This document shows positions 7,738-17,387 of a DNA stretch of 20,000 bases, one piece after another. The stretch is from contig JAXLQJ010000004.1 of assembly GCA_046331705.1 (NCBI GenBank), positions 238,281 to 258,280 of the forward strand. Reading direction: 5' to 3'. The notes beneath the pieces were generated by a model. The model was not told the DNA's origin. It did no database searches and worked only from the letters and a program-made list of their open reading frames with translations. This DNA is from a bacterium (GTDB taxonomy: Bacteria > JADJOY01). A program made the position numbers and the translations under genes. The stretch's first letter is position 1; the number at the start of each line of letters is the position of its first letter.

Positions 7738-7911
7738 GCCGCTCCGAACCATCCCCAGCTCGCTCGCGGAATCGCTGCCGCGCTCGCGGGCACGGTCGTC
7801 GCACGCGTCGCAGGTGACGCTCTCGGCGTGCGCCGCCACCCGCTTCTCCCACGGAAAACCCGCCATTTCGACGACCGGACGCTCGGCGATCGCTCCCCCA
7901 CACACCGGACT
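7738..7911 (-). pseudogene. Possible remnant of a YgiT/MqsA-type zinc-finger protein
   Basis: Minus frame reads SPVCGG-AIAERPVVEMAGFPWEKRVAAHAESVT-CDACDD. This fits CxxC-x29-CxxC with the first Cys replaced by Ser (AGT versus TGT). No proper start or nearby stop. Confidence 0.35.
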
Positions 7912-8021
7912 CCTCGGCCGACGATTCCCGTTGGAGAGCCGCGAGGAGTTTCCGCCCGCGCGCATGCCGAGCGCGGCGCCGCGTCGACGAACGTCGCCCG
8001 CCGTCCGATCGGCGTCATTTC

Positions 8022-8051
8022 TTGGCTTGGTTTTGGCGCGCGTGGTAGGTT
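8022..8051 (+). promoter_or_regulatory. Putative sigma-70-type promoter of the gatCAB operon
   Basis: TTGGCT (8022-8027), an 18-nt spacer ending in TGG, then TAGGTT (8046-8051). Lies in a T-rich patch ~30 nt before the gatC start. Confidence 0.5.
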
Positions 8052-8079
8052 CCGCGGCTTTCGAGCGGAGAATCCCACG

Positions 8080-8376
8080 GTGACGATCGAGCGCAAGGAC
8101 GTGGTGCACGTCGCGAAGCTCGCACGCCTCGAGCTGAGCGATGCCGAGGTGGAGCGGATGACCCGTCAGCTCGACCAGATCCTGAGCTACATGCGCTCGC
8201 TCGACGCGCTCGGCGCTCTCGATCCGAACGAGGTGCCGCCCACGGCGCACGTGCTGGAAGTCTCGTGCCCCGAGCGCGCGGACGTGCCCCGCTCCTCCGG
8301 CCAGGACGAGGCGATCCTCGAGCGCGCGCCGTCGCGGCGCGAGCGCTTCTACTCGGTGCCCAAGGTGATCGAGTGA
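8080..8376 (+). CDS. gatC: Asp-tRNA(Asn)/Glu-tRNA(Gln) amidotransferase subunit C
   Basis: GTG start after GGAG; TIERKDVVHVAKLARLELS...QILSYM...PPTAH...FYSVPKVIE; 98 aa; directly upstream of gatA. Confidence 0.96.
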   Translation: MTIERKDVVHVAKLARLELSDAEVERMTRQLDQILSYMRSLDALGALDPNEVPPTAHVLEVSCPERADVPRSSGQDEAILERAPSRRERFYSVPKVIE

Positions 8377-8470
8377 AGGGCGCGCCGCGCACGCGGGACA
8401 GCGAGCACGTGGCGATCGGCCCCTTAGCTCGTCTCTCGCTTCGTCTGCGCTCCACCGAGATTCTCCCGCC

Positions 8471-10150
8471 ATGACGTCCGACCCCATCTGGAAGCTCTCG
8501 CTCGCCGAGGTCGCGCGACGCATTCGGACCCGCGCCATTTCCGCGGAGGAAGCGACCCGCGCCGCCCTCGACCGCGTCGGCGCCGTGGAAGAGCGCGTGC
8601 ATGCGTTCATCCATCTCGATGGCGACGCCGCGCTGCGCGACGCCCGCGCCATCGATGCGCGTCTCGCGAACGGCGAGGACGTCGGCCCGCTCGCCGGCGC
8701 GCCGATCGCGCTCAAGGACGTGCTCGCCGCCACCGGCACCCACACCACCTGCGGCTCGAAGATCCTGGAACCCTTCGTCTCGCCCTACGACGCCACCTGT
8801 GTCGCGCGCCTCAAGAGCGCGGGCGCGGTGTCGCTCGGCAAGCTCAACATGGACGAGTTCGCGATGGGCTCGACCACCGAGCACTCGGCGTACGGCCCCA
8901 CGCGAAACCCCTGGAGCCTCGCACACGTGCCGGGTGGCTCGAGCGGCGGCTCGGCGGCGGCGGTGGCCGCGGGCGAATGCTTCGCGTCGTTGGGCTCGGA
9001 CACCGGCGGCTCGATCCGTCAGCCCGCGTCCTTCTGCGGCGTCGTCGGCATCAAGCCCACGTACGGGCGCGTGAGCCGCTTCGGTCTGGTGGCGTTCGCG
9101 TCGAGCCTGGATCAGATCGGTCCGCTGGCCCGCACCGTCGAGGACACGGCGCTCGTGCTGGAGGTGATCGCCGGCCACGATGCGCGCGATTCGACGAGCC
9201 TCGACGTGCCGGTGGGCCGGTGGTCGCAAGACGTGTCCACCGGTGTGCGCGGGCTCAAGCTCGGCATTCCCAAGGAAGCCTTCGGTGCGGGTCTCGATCC
9301 CGAGGTGGATCGCGAGGTGCGCGCCGCCATCGACCGGCTCGCCGCCGACGGCGCCGAGATCGTCGAGGTCGAGCTTCCCCACACCCCGTACGCGGTGGCC
9401 ACGTACTACGTGCTGGCGCCCGCCGAGGCGTCGTCGAACCTGGCGCGCTACGACGGCGTCCGCTACGGCCTGCGCGCCGGCGAGGACGGCTCGCTGGTCG
9501 ACATGTACCGCAAGACCCGCTCGGCAGGGTTCGGCGACGAGGTGAAGCGCCGCATCCTGATCGGCACGTACGTGCTCTCGGCGGGCTACTACGACGCCTA
9601 CTATCGGCGCGCGCAGCAAGTGCGCACGCTGGTGCGGCGCGACTACGAGCGAGCCTTCGAGCGTTGCGACGCGCTGGTCATGCCGGTGGCTCCCGAGCCG
9701 CCCTTCAAGCTCGGTGAGGCCAGTGGCGATCCGCTGCGGCTCTATCTCAGCGACGTGCTCACCATCGGCGTGAACCTGGCGGGCCTTCCCGGCATCAGCG
9801 TGCCCTGTGGAGCTTCCGCGGGCGGGCTGCCGATCGGCCTCCAGGTGGTCGGCCCGCCGCTACGCGAGGACACCCTCTTCCGGGTGGCCGGCGCGTGCGA
9901 GGATCGCTCGGGCTGGAAGAACCGAGTCGCTCCTCTCGACGGCACCGCGGAGGCCCAAAGCGGCTCGGATGCGGCGCTCGCCAGAGGCGAGCCGGCGAGC
10001 GACGCGAGCCGGCTTGGGGGTGGGGCCCCGAAAAAGTCGCGCCTTTTTCGGGGCGGGGGTCTGGAACAGACCCCCGAGGAAACATCACCAGCGCGAGGAC
10101 TCGACCAGCCCGATTTCGAGGCACCGCGGTCACCACGAGGTGGACAGTGA
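8471..10150 (+). CDS. gatA: Glutamyl-tRNA amidotransferase subunit A with ~70-aa C-terminal extension
   Basis: Amidase signature [42 protein letters not shown]; also [34 protein letters not shown] and GLPIGLQ. Confidence 0.98.
   Translation: MTSDPIWKLSLAEVARRIRTRAISAEEATRAALDRVGAVEERVHAFIHLDGDAALRDARAIDARLANGEDVGPLAGAPIALKDVLAATGTHTTCGSKILEPFVSPYDATCVARLKSAGAVSLGKLNMDEFAMGSTTEHSAYGPTRNPWSLAHVPGGSSGGSAAAVAAGECFASLGSDTGGSIRQPASFCGVVGIKPTYGRVSRFGLVAFASSLDQIGPLARTVEDTALVLEVIAGHDARDSTSLDVPVGRWSQDVSTGVRGLKLGIPKEAFGAGLDPEVDREVRAAIDRLAADGAEIVEVELPHTPYAVATYYVLAPAEASSNLARYDGVRYGLRAGEDGSLVDMYRKTRSAGFGDEVKRRILIGTYVLSAGYYDAYYRRAQQVRTLVRRDYERAFERCDALVMPVAPEPPFKLGEASGDPLRLYLSDVLTIGVNLAGLPGISVPCGASAGGLPIGLQVVGPPLREDTLFRVAGACEDRSGWKNRVAPLDGTAEAQSGSDAALARGEPASDASRLGGGAPKKSRLFRGGGLEQTPEETSPARGLDQPDFEAPRSPRGGQ
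9987..10076. repeat. Cluster of three adjacent inverted repeats (REP/MITE-like palindromic element) inside the gatA 3' extension
   Basis: AGCCGGC...GCCGGCT (9990-10014); perfect 12-bp stem GCCCCGAAAAAG-tcgcgc-CTTTTTCGGGGC (10025-10054); perfect 10-bp stem CGGGGGTCTG-gaa-CAGACCCCCG (10054-10076). Confidence 0.8.
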
Positions 10151-11589
10151 GTCGGCACACGCGCTGGGAGGCGGTGATCGGCCTCGAGGTGCACGCGCAG
10201 CTCAAGACCGCCACCAAGCTCTTCTGCTCGTGCTCGACGCGCTTCGGCGAAGCGCCCAACGCCAACACCTGCCCGGTGTGCTCGGGCTATCCCGGCGTGC
10301 TGCCGGTGCTGAACACCCAGGCGGTGGAGTACGCGCTGCGCGCCGCATTGGCGCTCGGCTGCGAGATCCCACCGATGTCGCGCTTCGCGCGCAAGAACTA
10401 CTTCTACCCGGATCTGCCGAAGGGCTATCAGATCTCGCAGTACGAGCTGCCGCTCGCCGTGCACGGTGAGCTCGCCATCCCCTCCGGCGACGGCACCAAG
10501 CGGGTCGGCATCACCCGCGTCCACATGGAAGAGGACGCCGGCAAGCTGCTCCACGGCGAGGGCGGTGCCAGCCTGGTGGACTTGAACCGAGCCGGCACGC
10601 CGCTCGTCGAGATCGTGAGCGAGCCCGACATCCGCTCCGCCTCCGAAGCGGCGGACTACGTGCGCACGCTGCGCAGCATCCTCACCTTCGCGGACGTCTG
10701 CGACGGCAACATGGCGGAGGGCAGCCTGCGTTGCGACGCCAACGTCTCGGTGCGCCCGGTGGGGTCCACCACCTTCGGCACCCGCGCCGAGATCAAGAAC
10801 ATGAACTCGTTCAAGTTCATCGAGAAGGCGATCAACTACGAGATCGATCGCCAGATCGAGCTGATCGAGGACGGCGGCAGGGTGGTGCAGGAGACGCGGC
10901 TCTTCGACTCGCGCACCGGTCGCACCGAGTCCATGCGCTCCAAGGAAGAGGCGCACGACTATCGCTATTTCCCCGAGCCCGACCTTCCGCCGCTGCTGAT
11001 TCCCGCCACCCGAGTGAGCGAGGTGCGCGGCCACCTGCCCGAGCTTCCCGACGCGCGCCGCAAGCGCTTCGTCGACGGGCTCGGGCTGCCGGCCTACGAC
11101 GCGCGCGTCCTGACCGAGACCCGCGAGCTGGCCGAGTACTTCGAGGCGGTGGTCGCCGCGGGCGCCGCGCCCAAGGCCGCGAGCAATTGGGTGATGGGCG
11201 AGCTCTTGCGCAGCATGAAGGGCGAGACCCCGAGCCCCGCCGACCTCAAGTGGCCGCCGCGCTACCTGGCCGAGCTGATCGCGATGGTGGAATCGGGCGC
11301 GATCTCCGGCAGCACGGCGAAGTCGGTGCTCGCGGAGGGCCTCGAGTCCGGTATGGCTCCCGCCGACATCGTGAAGGAGAAGGGCCTGTCGCAGATCAGC
11401 GACGAGTCGGCCCTCGAAGCCGAGGTGGACGCGGTCATCGCCGCGAATCCCGGCGAGGTCGAGAAGTATCGGGCGGGCAAGGAAGCGTTGCTCGGGTTCT
11501 TCGTCGGCCAGGTGATGAAACGCACCGGCGGCAAGGCGAATCCCAAGCGGCTCAACGAGATCGTGAAGGCACGGCTCAAGGCATCCTGA
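10147..11589 (+). CDS. gatB: Asp-tRNA(Asn)/Glu-tRNA(Gln) amidotransferase subunit B
   Basis: GTG overlaps the gatA stop (GTGA). [81 protein letters not shown]. Confidence 0.98.
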   Translation: MSRHTRWEAVIGLEVHAQLKTATKLFCSCSTRFGEAPNANTCPVCSGYPGVLPVLNTQAVEYALRAALALGCEIPPMSRFARKNYFYPDLPKGYQISQYELPLAVHGELAIPSGDGTKRVGITRVHMEEDAGKLLHGEGGASLVDLNRAGTPLVEIVSEPDIRSASEAADYVRTLRSILTFADVCDGNMAEGSLRCDANVSVRPVGSTTFGTRAEIKNMNSFKFIEKAINYEIDRQIELIEDGGRVVQETRLFDSRTGRTESMRSKEEAHDYRYFPEPDLPPLLIPATRVSEVRGHLPELPDARRKRFVDGLGLPAYDARVLTETRELAEYFEAVVAAGAAPKAASNWVMGELLRSMKGETPSPADLKWPPRYLAELIAMVESGAISGSTAKSVLAEGLESGMAPADIVKEKGLSQISDESALEAEVDAVIAANPGEVEKYRAGKEALLGFFVGQVMKRTGGKANPKRLNEIVKARLKAS

Positions 11590-11637
11590 CGCGCGAGGCA
11601 GCGGCAACGCGCGCAGCAGGCACGGGTGGAGAGGGAC

Positions 11638-12681
11638 ATGGCGTTCGAGACCGTCGAATGGAAGAACGGCGAGGTCGTGCTCATCGACCAGCGCAAGCTG
11701 CCCGTCGAGGAGATCTACCTCGCGTGCAAGACCCTCGACGAGGTGTGCGACGCCATCAAGACGATGGTGGTGCGCGGCGCACCCGCGATCGGCGTCACGG
11801 CGGCGCTCGGGCTGGCGCAGGTCGCCCACCAGTACACGGGCAACGACCTCGATGCCTTCGGCGCGCGCTTCCACGCGGCGGCCGACCAGCTCGCCGCCAC
11901 GCGCCCCACCGCCGTGAACCTCTTCTGGGGCATCGAGCGCATGAAGCGCTGCTTCGCCGCCAGCAGCGCGCAGGGGCTCGCGGGCTTGCGCAAGGCGCTC
12001 ATCGACGAGGCGGTGCGCATTCGCGAGGAGGACATCGAGGTCTGCAAGCGTCTCGGGCGCTTCGGCGCCGAGCTTCTCGGCGACAAGCCGCGCATCCTGA
12101 CCCATTGCAACGCCGGGGCGCTCGCCACCGCCGGCTACGGCACCGCCCTGGGCGTGGTGCGCGCCGCGGCCGAGGCGGGCAAGGCGCCGACGGTCTACGC
12201 CGACGAGACCCGCCCCTTCCTCCAAGGCGCCCGCCTCACGGCCTGGGAGCTCATGAAGGACGCGATCCCCGTCACGCTCATCACCGACAACATGGCCGGC
12301 CACATGATGAGCCGCGGCCACATCGACTGCGTCGTGGTGGGCACGGATCGCGTCGCCGCCAACGGCGACGTCGCGAACAAGATCGGCACCTACACGGTGG
12401 CCGTTCTCGCTCATCGCCACGGGTTGCCTTTCTACGTCGCGGCGCCCACCAGCACCATCGACCTCGATTGCCCGACCGGCGCCGAGATCCCCATCGAGCA
12501 CCGCGATCCCCGCGAGGTCACGCACGTCTTCGGCCACGCGGTGGCGCCAGCGGGCGTGCCCGTCGCGAACCCCGCGTTCGACGTGACCCCGAACGATCTC
12601 GTGACCGCGATCATCACCGAGAAGGGTGTCGCCACGGCGCCCTACTTCCGAAGCCTACGCGAGCTGGTCGGTCGGGGTTGA
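11638..12681 (+). CDS. mtnA: S-methyl-5-thioribose-1-phosphate isomerase
   Basis: [81 protein letters not shown] at 11638 follows GGAGAGGG. Confidence 0.97.
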   Translation: MAFETVEWKNGEVVLIDQRKLPVEEIYLACKTLDEVCDAIKTMVVRGAPAIGVTAALGLAQVAHQYTGNDLDAFGARFHAAADQLAATRPTAVNLFWGIERMKRCFAASSAQGLAGLRKALIDEAVRIREEDIEVCKRLGRFGAELLGDKPRILTHCNAGALATAGYGTALGVVRAAAEAGKAPTVYADETRPFLQGARLTAWELMKDAIPVTLITDNMAGHMMSRGHIDCVVVGTDRVAANGDVANKIGTYTVAVLAHRHGLPFYVAAPTSTIDLDCPTGAEIPIEHRDPREVTHVFGHAVAPAGVPVANPAFDVTPNDLVTAIITEKGVATAPYFRSLRELVGRG

Positions 12682-12706
12682 GCTCGGCCTTCGTGGATCG
12701 ACTCGG

Positions 12707-14083
12707 GTGGCCAGCTCCAAACGCGGCGCGCGGCTGACTCCCGCGGGTCCGTCGCCCGCCGAATCCACGGCGGAAACCCTCCCGCCCCGCCGTCGCCGCG
12801 CCGCTCCGCGCGCGTTCGATCGCACCTGGTCGCGCGACCTCGACGCGCTGGTCGCGGGCCTGCTCGCCACTCGCGACACCGAGGCGACCCTGCGCGGGGT
12901 GGCGTCGTTCGTGGCGCGGCACCTCGGCGCTCACCGTTGCTCGGTGATCCTCACCCGCCCCGAGCTCGGCGTCGGCCACATCGTGACCAGTCTCGAGGAC
13001 CGCACGATCCGGAACCTGCGCATCCGACTCGACGCGTATCCGGAGGTGCTCGCCGCCGTGGAGCAGCGGGCACCGGTGTGCATCGGCCGCGACGAGCCCA
13101 GCGATCTGGCGCGCGCCCTCAAGCCGCTCTTCGAGAGCCAGCGCGTCGAGAGCGTGGTGGTGGCGCCGCTGCTCGTGCGAGGCGAGGTGATCGGCGCCTT
13201 CTTCATTCGCACGCCCGAAGGCGGACCGCGGCTCGGTCCCGATCACCTCGAGCGCTTGAAGCCGCTCTTCCAGGTCACCGCCGTGGCCCTCGACGAAGCG
13301 TTGCGCCGCGGCCACCTGCGCGGCCTCGGCCCCGAGTCCGAGGCGATGGCGCGCATGCGCCGGCTGGTCTCGGGCCTTCGGCATTTCCTCAACAACCCGC
13401 TGACGGCGGTGGTCGGATTCGCCGAGCTCTTGAAGGGCGATCCTTCGCTGTCGGGTGCCGTGCGCGCCGACCTCGACCAGATCCTGAGCGCGGCGCGCCG
13501 CTCGCGCGCGGTCATGGAGAGCCTCGCGGAGTTCGCGCAGAGCGGGACCACCGGCCGCACGGCCGTGGACCCGCGGGCGGTGCTCGCGAGCGCGCTGCGC
13601 GAGGAGGCGAACGCGTGCCGCGCCGCGGGCGTCGAGCTCGTCGTCGACGTTCCCGCCGAGCTGCCGATGGTGTGGGGGAGCGAGTCGCTGCTGGCGCAGG
13701 CGCTCGCGCGGCTCTTGACCAACGCCCGCCAGGCGGCCGCCGAGCGCGCGCACGATCCTCGCGTGCAGCTGGTCGCGCACACCATCGGCGCAACGCTGCG
13801 GATCTTGGTGCGCGACAACGGCCCCGGCGTCCCCACCGAGACGCGGGACCATCTCTTCGAGCCGTTCTTCACGACGCATCGCTCGCCCGACCGCATGGGC
13901 TTGGGGCTGGCGGTGGCGCACGGCATCGTCGAGGTCCACGGCGGCGCCCTCTACCTCGACGTCGGCGACTCGAGCTACACGAGCTTCGTGATCGAGCTTC
14001 CCACCACGACGCTCGGCAAATCGCTCGACGACTCGGCGGGGGCGATCACACCCGTCACCGGCCCGTTCCCTGGCGGGCGCTGA
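12707..14083 (+). CDS. Cytoplasmic GAF-domain sensor histidine kinase with atypical H-box; start uncertain
   Basis: GAF-like region (VARHLGAHRCSVIL...SVVVAPLLVRGEVIGAFF), H-box GLRHFLNNPL, N-box LTNARQA, G1 DNGPG, F LFEPFFTT, G2 MGLGL. No transmembrane segment seen. First in-frame GTG after mtnA is at 12707. Confidence 0.9.
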   Translation: MASSKRGARLTPAGPSPAESTAETLPPRRRRAAPRAFDRTWSRDLDALVAGLLATRDTEATLRGVASFVARHLGAHRCSVILTRPELGVGHIVTSLEDRTIRNLRIRLDAYPEVLAAVEQRAPVCIGRDEPSDLARALKPLFESQRVESVVVAPLLVRGEVIGAFFIRTPEGGPRLGPDHLERLKPLFQVTAVALDEALRRGHLRGLGPESEAMARMRRLVSGLRHFLNNPLTAVVGFAELLKGDPSLSGAVRADLDQILSAARRSRAVMESLAEFAQSGTTGRTAVDPRAVLASALREEANACRAAGVELVVDVPAELPMVWGSESLLAQALARLLTNARQAAAERAHDPRVQLVAHTIGATLRILVRDNGPGVPTETRDHLFEPFFTTHRSPDRMGLGLAVAHGIVEVHGGALYLDVGDSSYTSFVIELPTTTLGKSLDDSAGAITPVTGPFPGGR

Positions 14084-14093
14084 GGAACGCGAC

Positions 14094-17000
14094 GTGCGCG
14101 CGATCACCCCTCCCCACGAGCCTCGCGCGCAGGCGCTCGGCGAGACGCTCGCGCGAGCGCTCGGCGCGCGGGATCGCACCGCCGCCGAGGAAGCGCTGCG
14201 TGAGCTCGGCGCGGCCTCGCCCGCACCGGCGGCGGCGACCCTGCTCGACCTCGCCCGGCGCCCCCCGCTCGAGCATTGCGTCTTGGCGCTGGCGCGCGAG
14301 TGGGACCTCGCCGCCGACCCGGAGATGGCGCTGCGCGGCTTCGAGCGTCTCGCCGCCGAGCCGGCCGCCGCCGAGGCGCTGGCGGATCTCGGCGACGCCC
14401 GCGCCTTCACGGCGCTGCACGCGCTCCTCGGCGGCAGCGCGTTCCTGACCTCGCTGCTGGCCCGCCATCCGGAATGGCTGCGCGCGTTCCTCGTGGACGT
14501 CCTCGAGCCCGGGCCGATCTCCGCCGACGACATGCGCCGGCGCGCGCTCGCCTGGCTCGCGCGCGAGGGCGATCTCGATCGCGCGCTGCGATTCCTGAAG
14601 GGCGAGATCTACCTGCGGATCGCCGCGCGCGACCTCGCGGGGATGGCGCCGCTCGACGAGACGGTGCTCGAGATCACCCACCTCGCCGAGGCGCTGCTCG
14701 GCGTCGCCGTCGCGGAGATCCAGCGCACGCTCGAGCTCGAGCACGGGGCACCGGCCTCGCCCGAGCCGGCGGCGGGCGAGGCGCCGCCCGGCTTCGTGGT
14801 GCTCGGCATGGGCAAGCTCGGCGGGCGCGAGCTCAACTTCTCGTCCGACATCGATCTCATCTACCTCTTCCACTCGGATCGCGAGGAGACCCTCGGCAAC
14901 CGCGAGGGCGAAGGGCAGATCCCGGTCGGTACCTTCTTCGCCAAGCTGGGTGAACGCCTCACCCAGGCGCTGAGCCGCAGCACCGACGACGGCTTCGCGA
15001 TGCGCGTCGACCTCCGGCTGCGCCCGATGGGCACGAGCGGCGCGGTGGCGCATTCGCTGCGCAACGCGCTGCTCTATTACGAAGCGTACGGCCGCACCTG
15101 GGAGCGCGCCGCGCTGCTCAAGGCGCGGCCCGTGGCCGGCAATCGCGCGCTCGGCGAAGCGTTCCTCAAGGCCGTCGAGCCCTTCGTGTACCGGCGCTAC
15201 CTCGACTACTCGACCGTCGAGGACATGAAGGAGATGAAACGCCGCATCGACGTCGGCCTGGCGCCCGGCGGCGAGCACATCCGCAACGTGAAGCTCGGCA
15301 AGGGCGGCATCCGCGAGATCGAGTTCGTGGTGCAGACCCTGGCGCTCATCAACGCCGGCAAGGATCGGCGCATTCGCGTGCGCGGGGCGCTGGAGGCGCT
15401 GCCGCTGCTCGCGGCCCACGGCTACCTCAGCACCGAGGATCACGATCGGCTGCACGCCGCGTACGTCTTCCTGCGTCACGTCGAGCACCGCATCCAGATC
15501 GTGACCGAGCGCCAGAGCCATCGATTGCCCACCGATCGCGAGGAGATGCGGAACCTGGCGCGGCGCATGGGTTATCGCAGCGGAGAGCGCGGCGACCTCA
15601 CCGATGCCTTCGCCCTCGACCTCGAGACCCACCGCGCGGCGGTGTCGGCGATCTTCCGCACGTTCTTCCACGAGGCCGAGGGCGAGCGCACCCGCCGCGT
15701 GCGACCCGAGGTGCGGGCGCTCTTCGACACGCCCGACCTGGAATCGGTGACGAACGCCCAGCTCGCGCAGCTCGGCTTCGACGACCTCGCGGCGGCGCGC
15801 CGCGCGCTGGGCGTGCTTCGCGACGGTCCGCCCAAGAGCCCGACCACCGGCGAAGCGAAGGCGCGCCTCGACCGCGTGGCGCCGCTGCTGATGGAGGAAG
15901 CCGCGAGCTCGCCGCAACCCGATCTGGCGCTCGCCAACCTGGAGCGTTTCCTCCAGCGCTCGGGAGCGCGCAGTGCCTACCTGAGCCTGCTCGCCGAGAA
16001 CCCCACGATCACGCGACTCTTGATGCGGCTCATGAGCTCGAGCGTCTTTCTCTCGGAGATCCTGATCGCGCATCCCGAGCTGATCGACGGCCTGATCCGC
16101 GCCGGCGCCTCCGGCCCACTGCGCTCGCGCGACGAGCTCGCCGGCGACCTCGCCGAACGGCTGCGTCAGGCCGACGACGAGGAGGAAGTGTTCGAGGCGC
16201 TGCGGGTCTTCCGCACCGAGGAGACGCTGCGGATCGGCTTCCACGACGTGATCGGCAATCTCGAGCTGGAAGCGCTGACGGCGCAGCTCTCCGACGTGGC
16301 GGAGGTGTGCCTCGCCGCCGCCCTCGACTGGACGCTGGAGCAGACCACGGCGCGCTACGGGCGGCCGATGGGCGAAGACCGCCGGCCGGCGCGTTTCGGC
16401 GTGCTCGGCTTGGGCAAGCTCGGCGGCCGCGAGATCCAGTACGGCTCCGACCTCGACCTCATCTTCCTCTACGATCCGCCCGGGGCCACCGAGGGCCGCG
16501 ATCGCACGATCTTGAACGGCGAGTTCTTCGCGAAGCTCGCGCAGCGGCTCATCACCACGCTCAGCGCCGTGACCGCGAGCGGCATCGTCTATCCCATCGA
16601 CGTTCGCCTCAGACCCTCGGGCAACGCCGGCCCGCTGGTGACGAGCCTCGACTCGTTTCGCCGCTATCACGAGCGCGAAGCCGCGCTGTGGGAGCGCCAA
16701 TCGCTCATCAAGGCGCGAGTGGTGGCTGGCGACGCGGGTCTCGCCGCCGAGGCCGCGGCGATCCGCGATCATGCGGTCTACGGGCGCGGCATCACGGTCG
16801 AGGAGGTCGCCGAGATCCGTCGCATGCGCAGCCGCATGGAGCTCGAGCGCGCCCGCCAGGTGGAAGGCGCCGTCGATCTCAAGCTCGGCCCCGGCGGCCT
16901 GGTGGACGTGGAGTTCGCGGTGCAGGTGCTGCTCTTGCGACACGGCCACGCGCACCCGCTCATTCGTCACGCCGACACCCTGGGCGCCCTCGAGGCGATC

Positions 17001-17276
17001 GCCCTCGAGGCACTGCTCAGCCCCACCGACACCGAGGCCCTCTCCCGCGGCTACCTCTTCCTGCGGCGGATCGAGAATCGCCAGCGCATCGTCCACGACC
17101 GCGCCACTGATCTCTTTCCCCTGGACGGGCCCGAGCTCGAGGCGCTCGCCTCCCGACTCGATCCCGATGGAGCTCTCGGGCTACCCAACACGCCCGCGGC
17201 GCTGCGTGACGAGTTCCTGCGCGTCACCGCCGAGGTCCGCCGGGTCTACGACGCGATCACCGCCGGCCCGGATTGA
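14094..17276 (+). CDS. glnE: Bifunctional glutamine synthetase adenylyltransferase/adenylyl-removing enzyme
   Basis: Two nucleotidyltransferase halves: GMGKLGGRELNFSSDIDLIY / RVDLRLRP / WERAALLKAR / NVKLGKGGIREIEF, and GLGKLGGREIQYGSDLDLIF / IDVRLRPSG / WERQSLIKAR / DLKLGPGGLVDVEF. 1060 aa. Confidence 0.97.
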   Translation: MRAITPPHEPRAQALGETLARALGARDRTAAEEALRELGAASPAPAAATLLDLARRPPLEHCVLALAREWDLAADPEMALRGFERLAAEPAAAEALADLGDARAFTALHALLGGSAFLTSLLARHPEWLRAFLVDVLEPGPISADDMRRRALAWLAREGDLDRALRFLKGEIYLRIAARDLAGMAPLDETVLEITHLAEALLGVAVAEIQRTLELEHGAPASPEPAAGEAPPGFVVLGMGKLGGRELNFSSDIDLIYLFHSDREETLGNREGEGQIPVGTFFAKLGERLTQALSRSTDDGFAMRVDLRLRPMGTSGAVAHSLRNALLYYEAYGRTWERAALLKARPVAGNRALGEAFLKAVEPFVYRRYLDYSTVEDMKEMKRRIDVGLAPGGEHIRNVKLGKGGIREIEFVVQTLALINAGKDRRIRVRGALEALPLLAAHGYLSTEDHDRLHAAYVFLRHVEHRIQIVTERQSHRLPTDREEMRNLARRMGYRSGERGDLTDAFALDLETHRAAVSAIFRTFFHEAEGERTRRVRPEVRALFDTPDLESVTNAQLAQLGFDDLAAARRALGVLRDGPPKSPTTGEAKARLDRVAPLLMEEAASSPQPDLALANLERFLQRSGARSAYLSLLAENPTITRLLMRLMSSSVFLSEILIAHPELIDGLIRAGASGPLRSRDELAGDLAERLRQADDEEEVFEALRVFRTEETLRIGFHDVIGNLELEALTAQLSDVAEVCLAAALDWTLEQTTARYGRPMGEDRRPARFGVLGLGKLGGREIQYGSDLDLIFLYDPPGATEGRDRTILNGEFFAKLAQRLITTLSAVTASGIVYPIDVRLRPSGNAGPLVTSLDSFRRYHEREAALWERQSLIKARVVAGDAGLAAEAAAIRDHAVYGRGITVEEVAEIRRMRSRMELERARQVEGAVDLKLGPGGLVDVEFAVQVLLLRHGHAHPLIRHADTLGALEAIALEALLSPTDTEALSRGYLFLRRIENRQRIVHDRATDLFPLDGPELEALASRLDPDGALGLPNTPAALRDEFLRVTAEVRRVYDAITAGPD

Positions 17277-17326
17277 GCCGCGCCGTCGAGCGGTGGCGGC
17301 GGACGCGAGGCGGGGGCGAGGCGCCA

Positions 17327-17355
17327 TTGGCGAACGCGCCGCGCACCCTTATCTT
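17327..17355 (+). promoter_or_regulatory. Putative sigma-70-type promoter of the nuoI-like gene
   Basis: TTGGCG (17327-17332), 17-nt spacer, TATCTT (17350-17355); RBS AAGGA just before ATG 17388. Confidence 0.6.
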
Positions 17356-17387
17356 GGCGCCAATCCCGACCGATACTCCAAGGACCC

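Noticed and set aside
7828-8079. Long N-terminal extensions of the ORF calls for gatC (also 9895 for gatB, 4541, 5899, 12626 and 19757)
   Set aside because: Homology, RBS position and stop/start overlaps point to the downstream starts used in the feature list.
10025-10076. Hairpins as an intrinsic terminator or CRISPR repeat
   Set aside because: No U-tract follows the stems, they lie within the coupled gatA-gatB reading frames, and there is no repeat-spacer periodicity or cas gene.
14055-17096. 1013-aa antisense ORF over glnE (likewise 9742-12537, 6112-8748, 12614-14533 and 8015-9619)
   Set aside because: Shadow ORFs expected in very GC-rich DNA; they lie opposite well-supported genes and have no recognisable motifs, apart from the short segment reported at 7738-7911.
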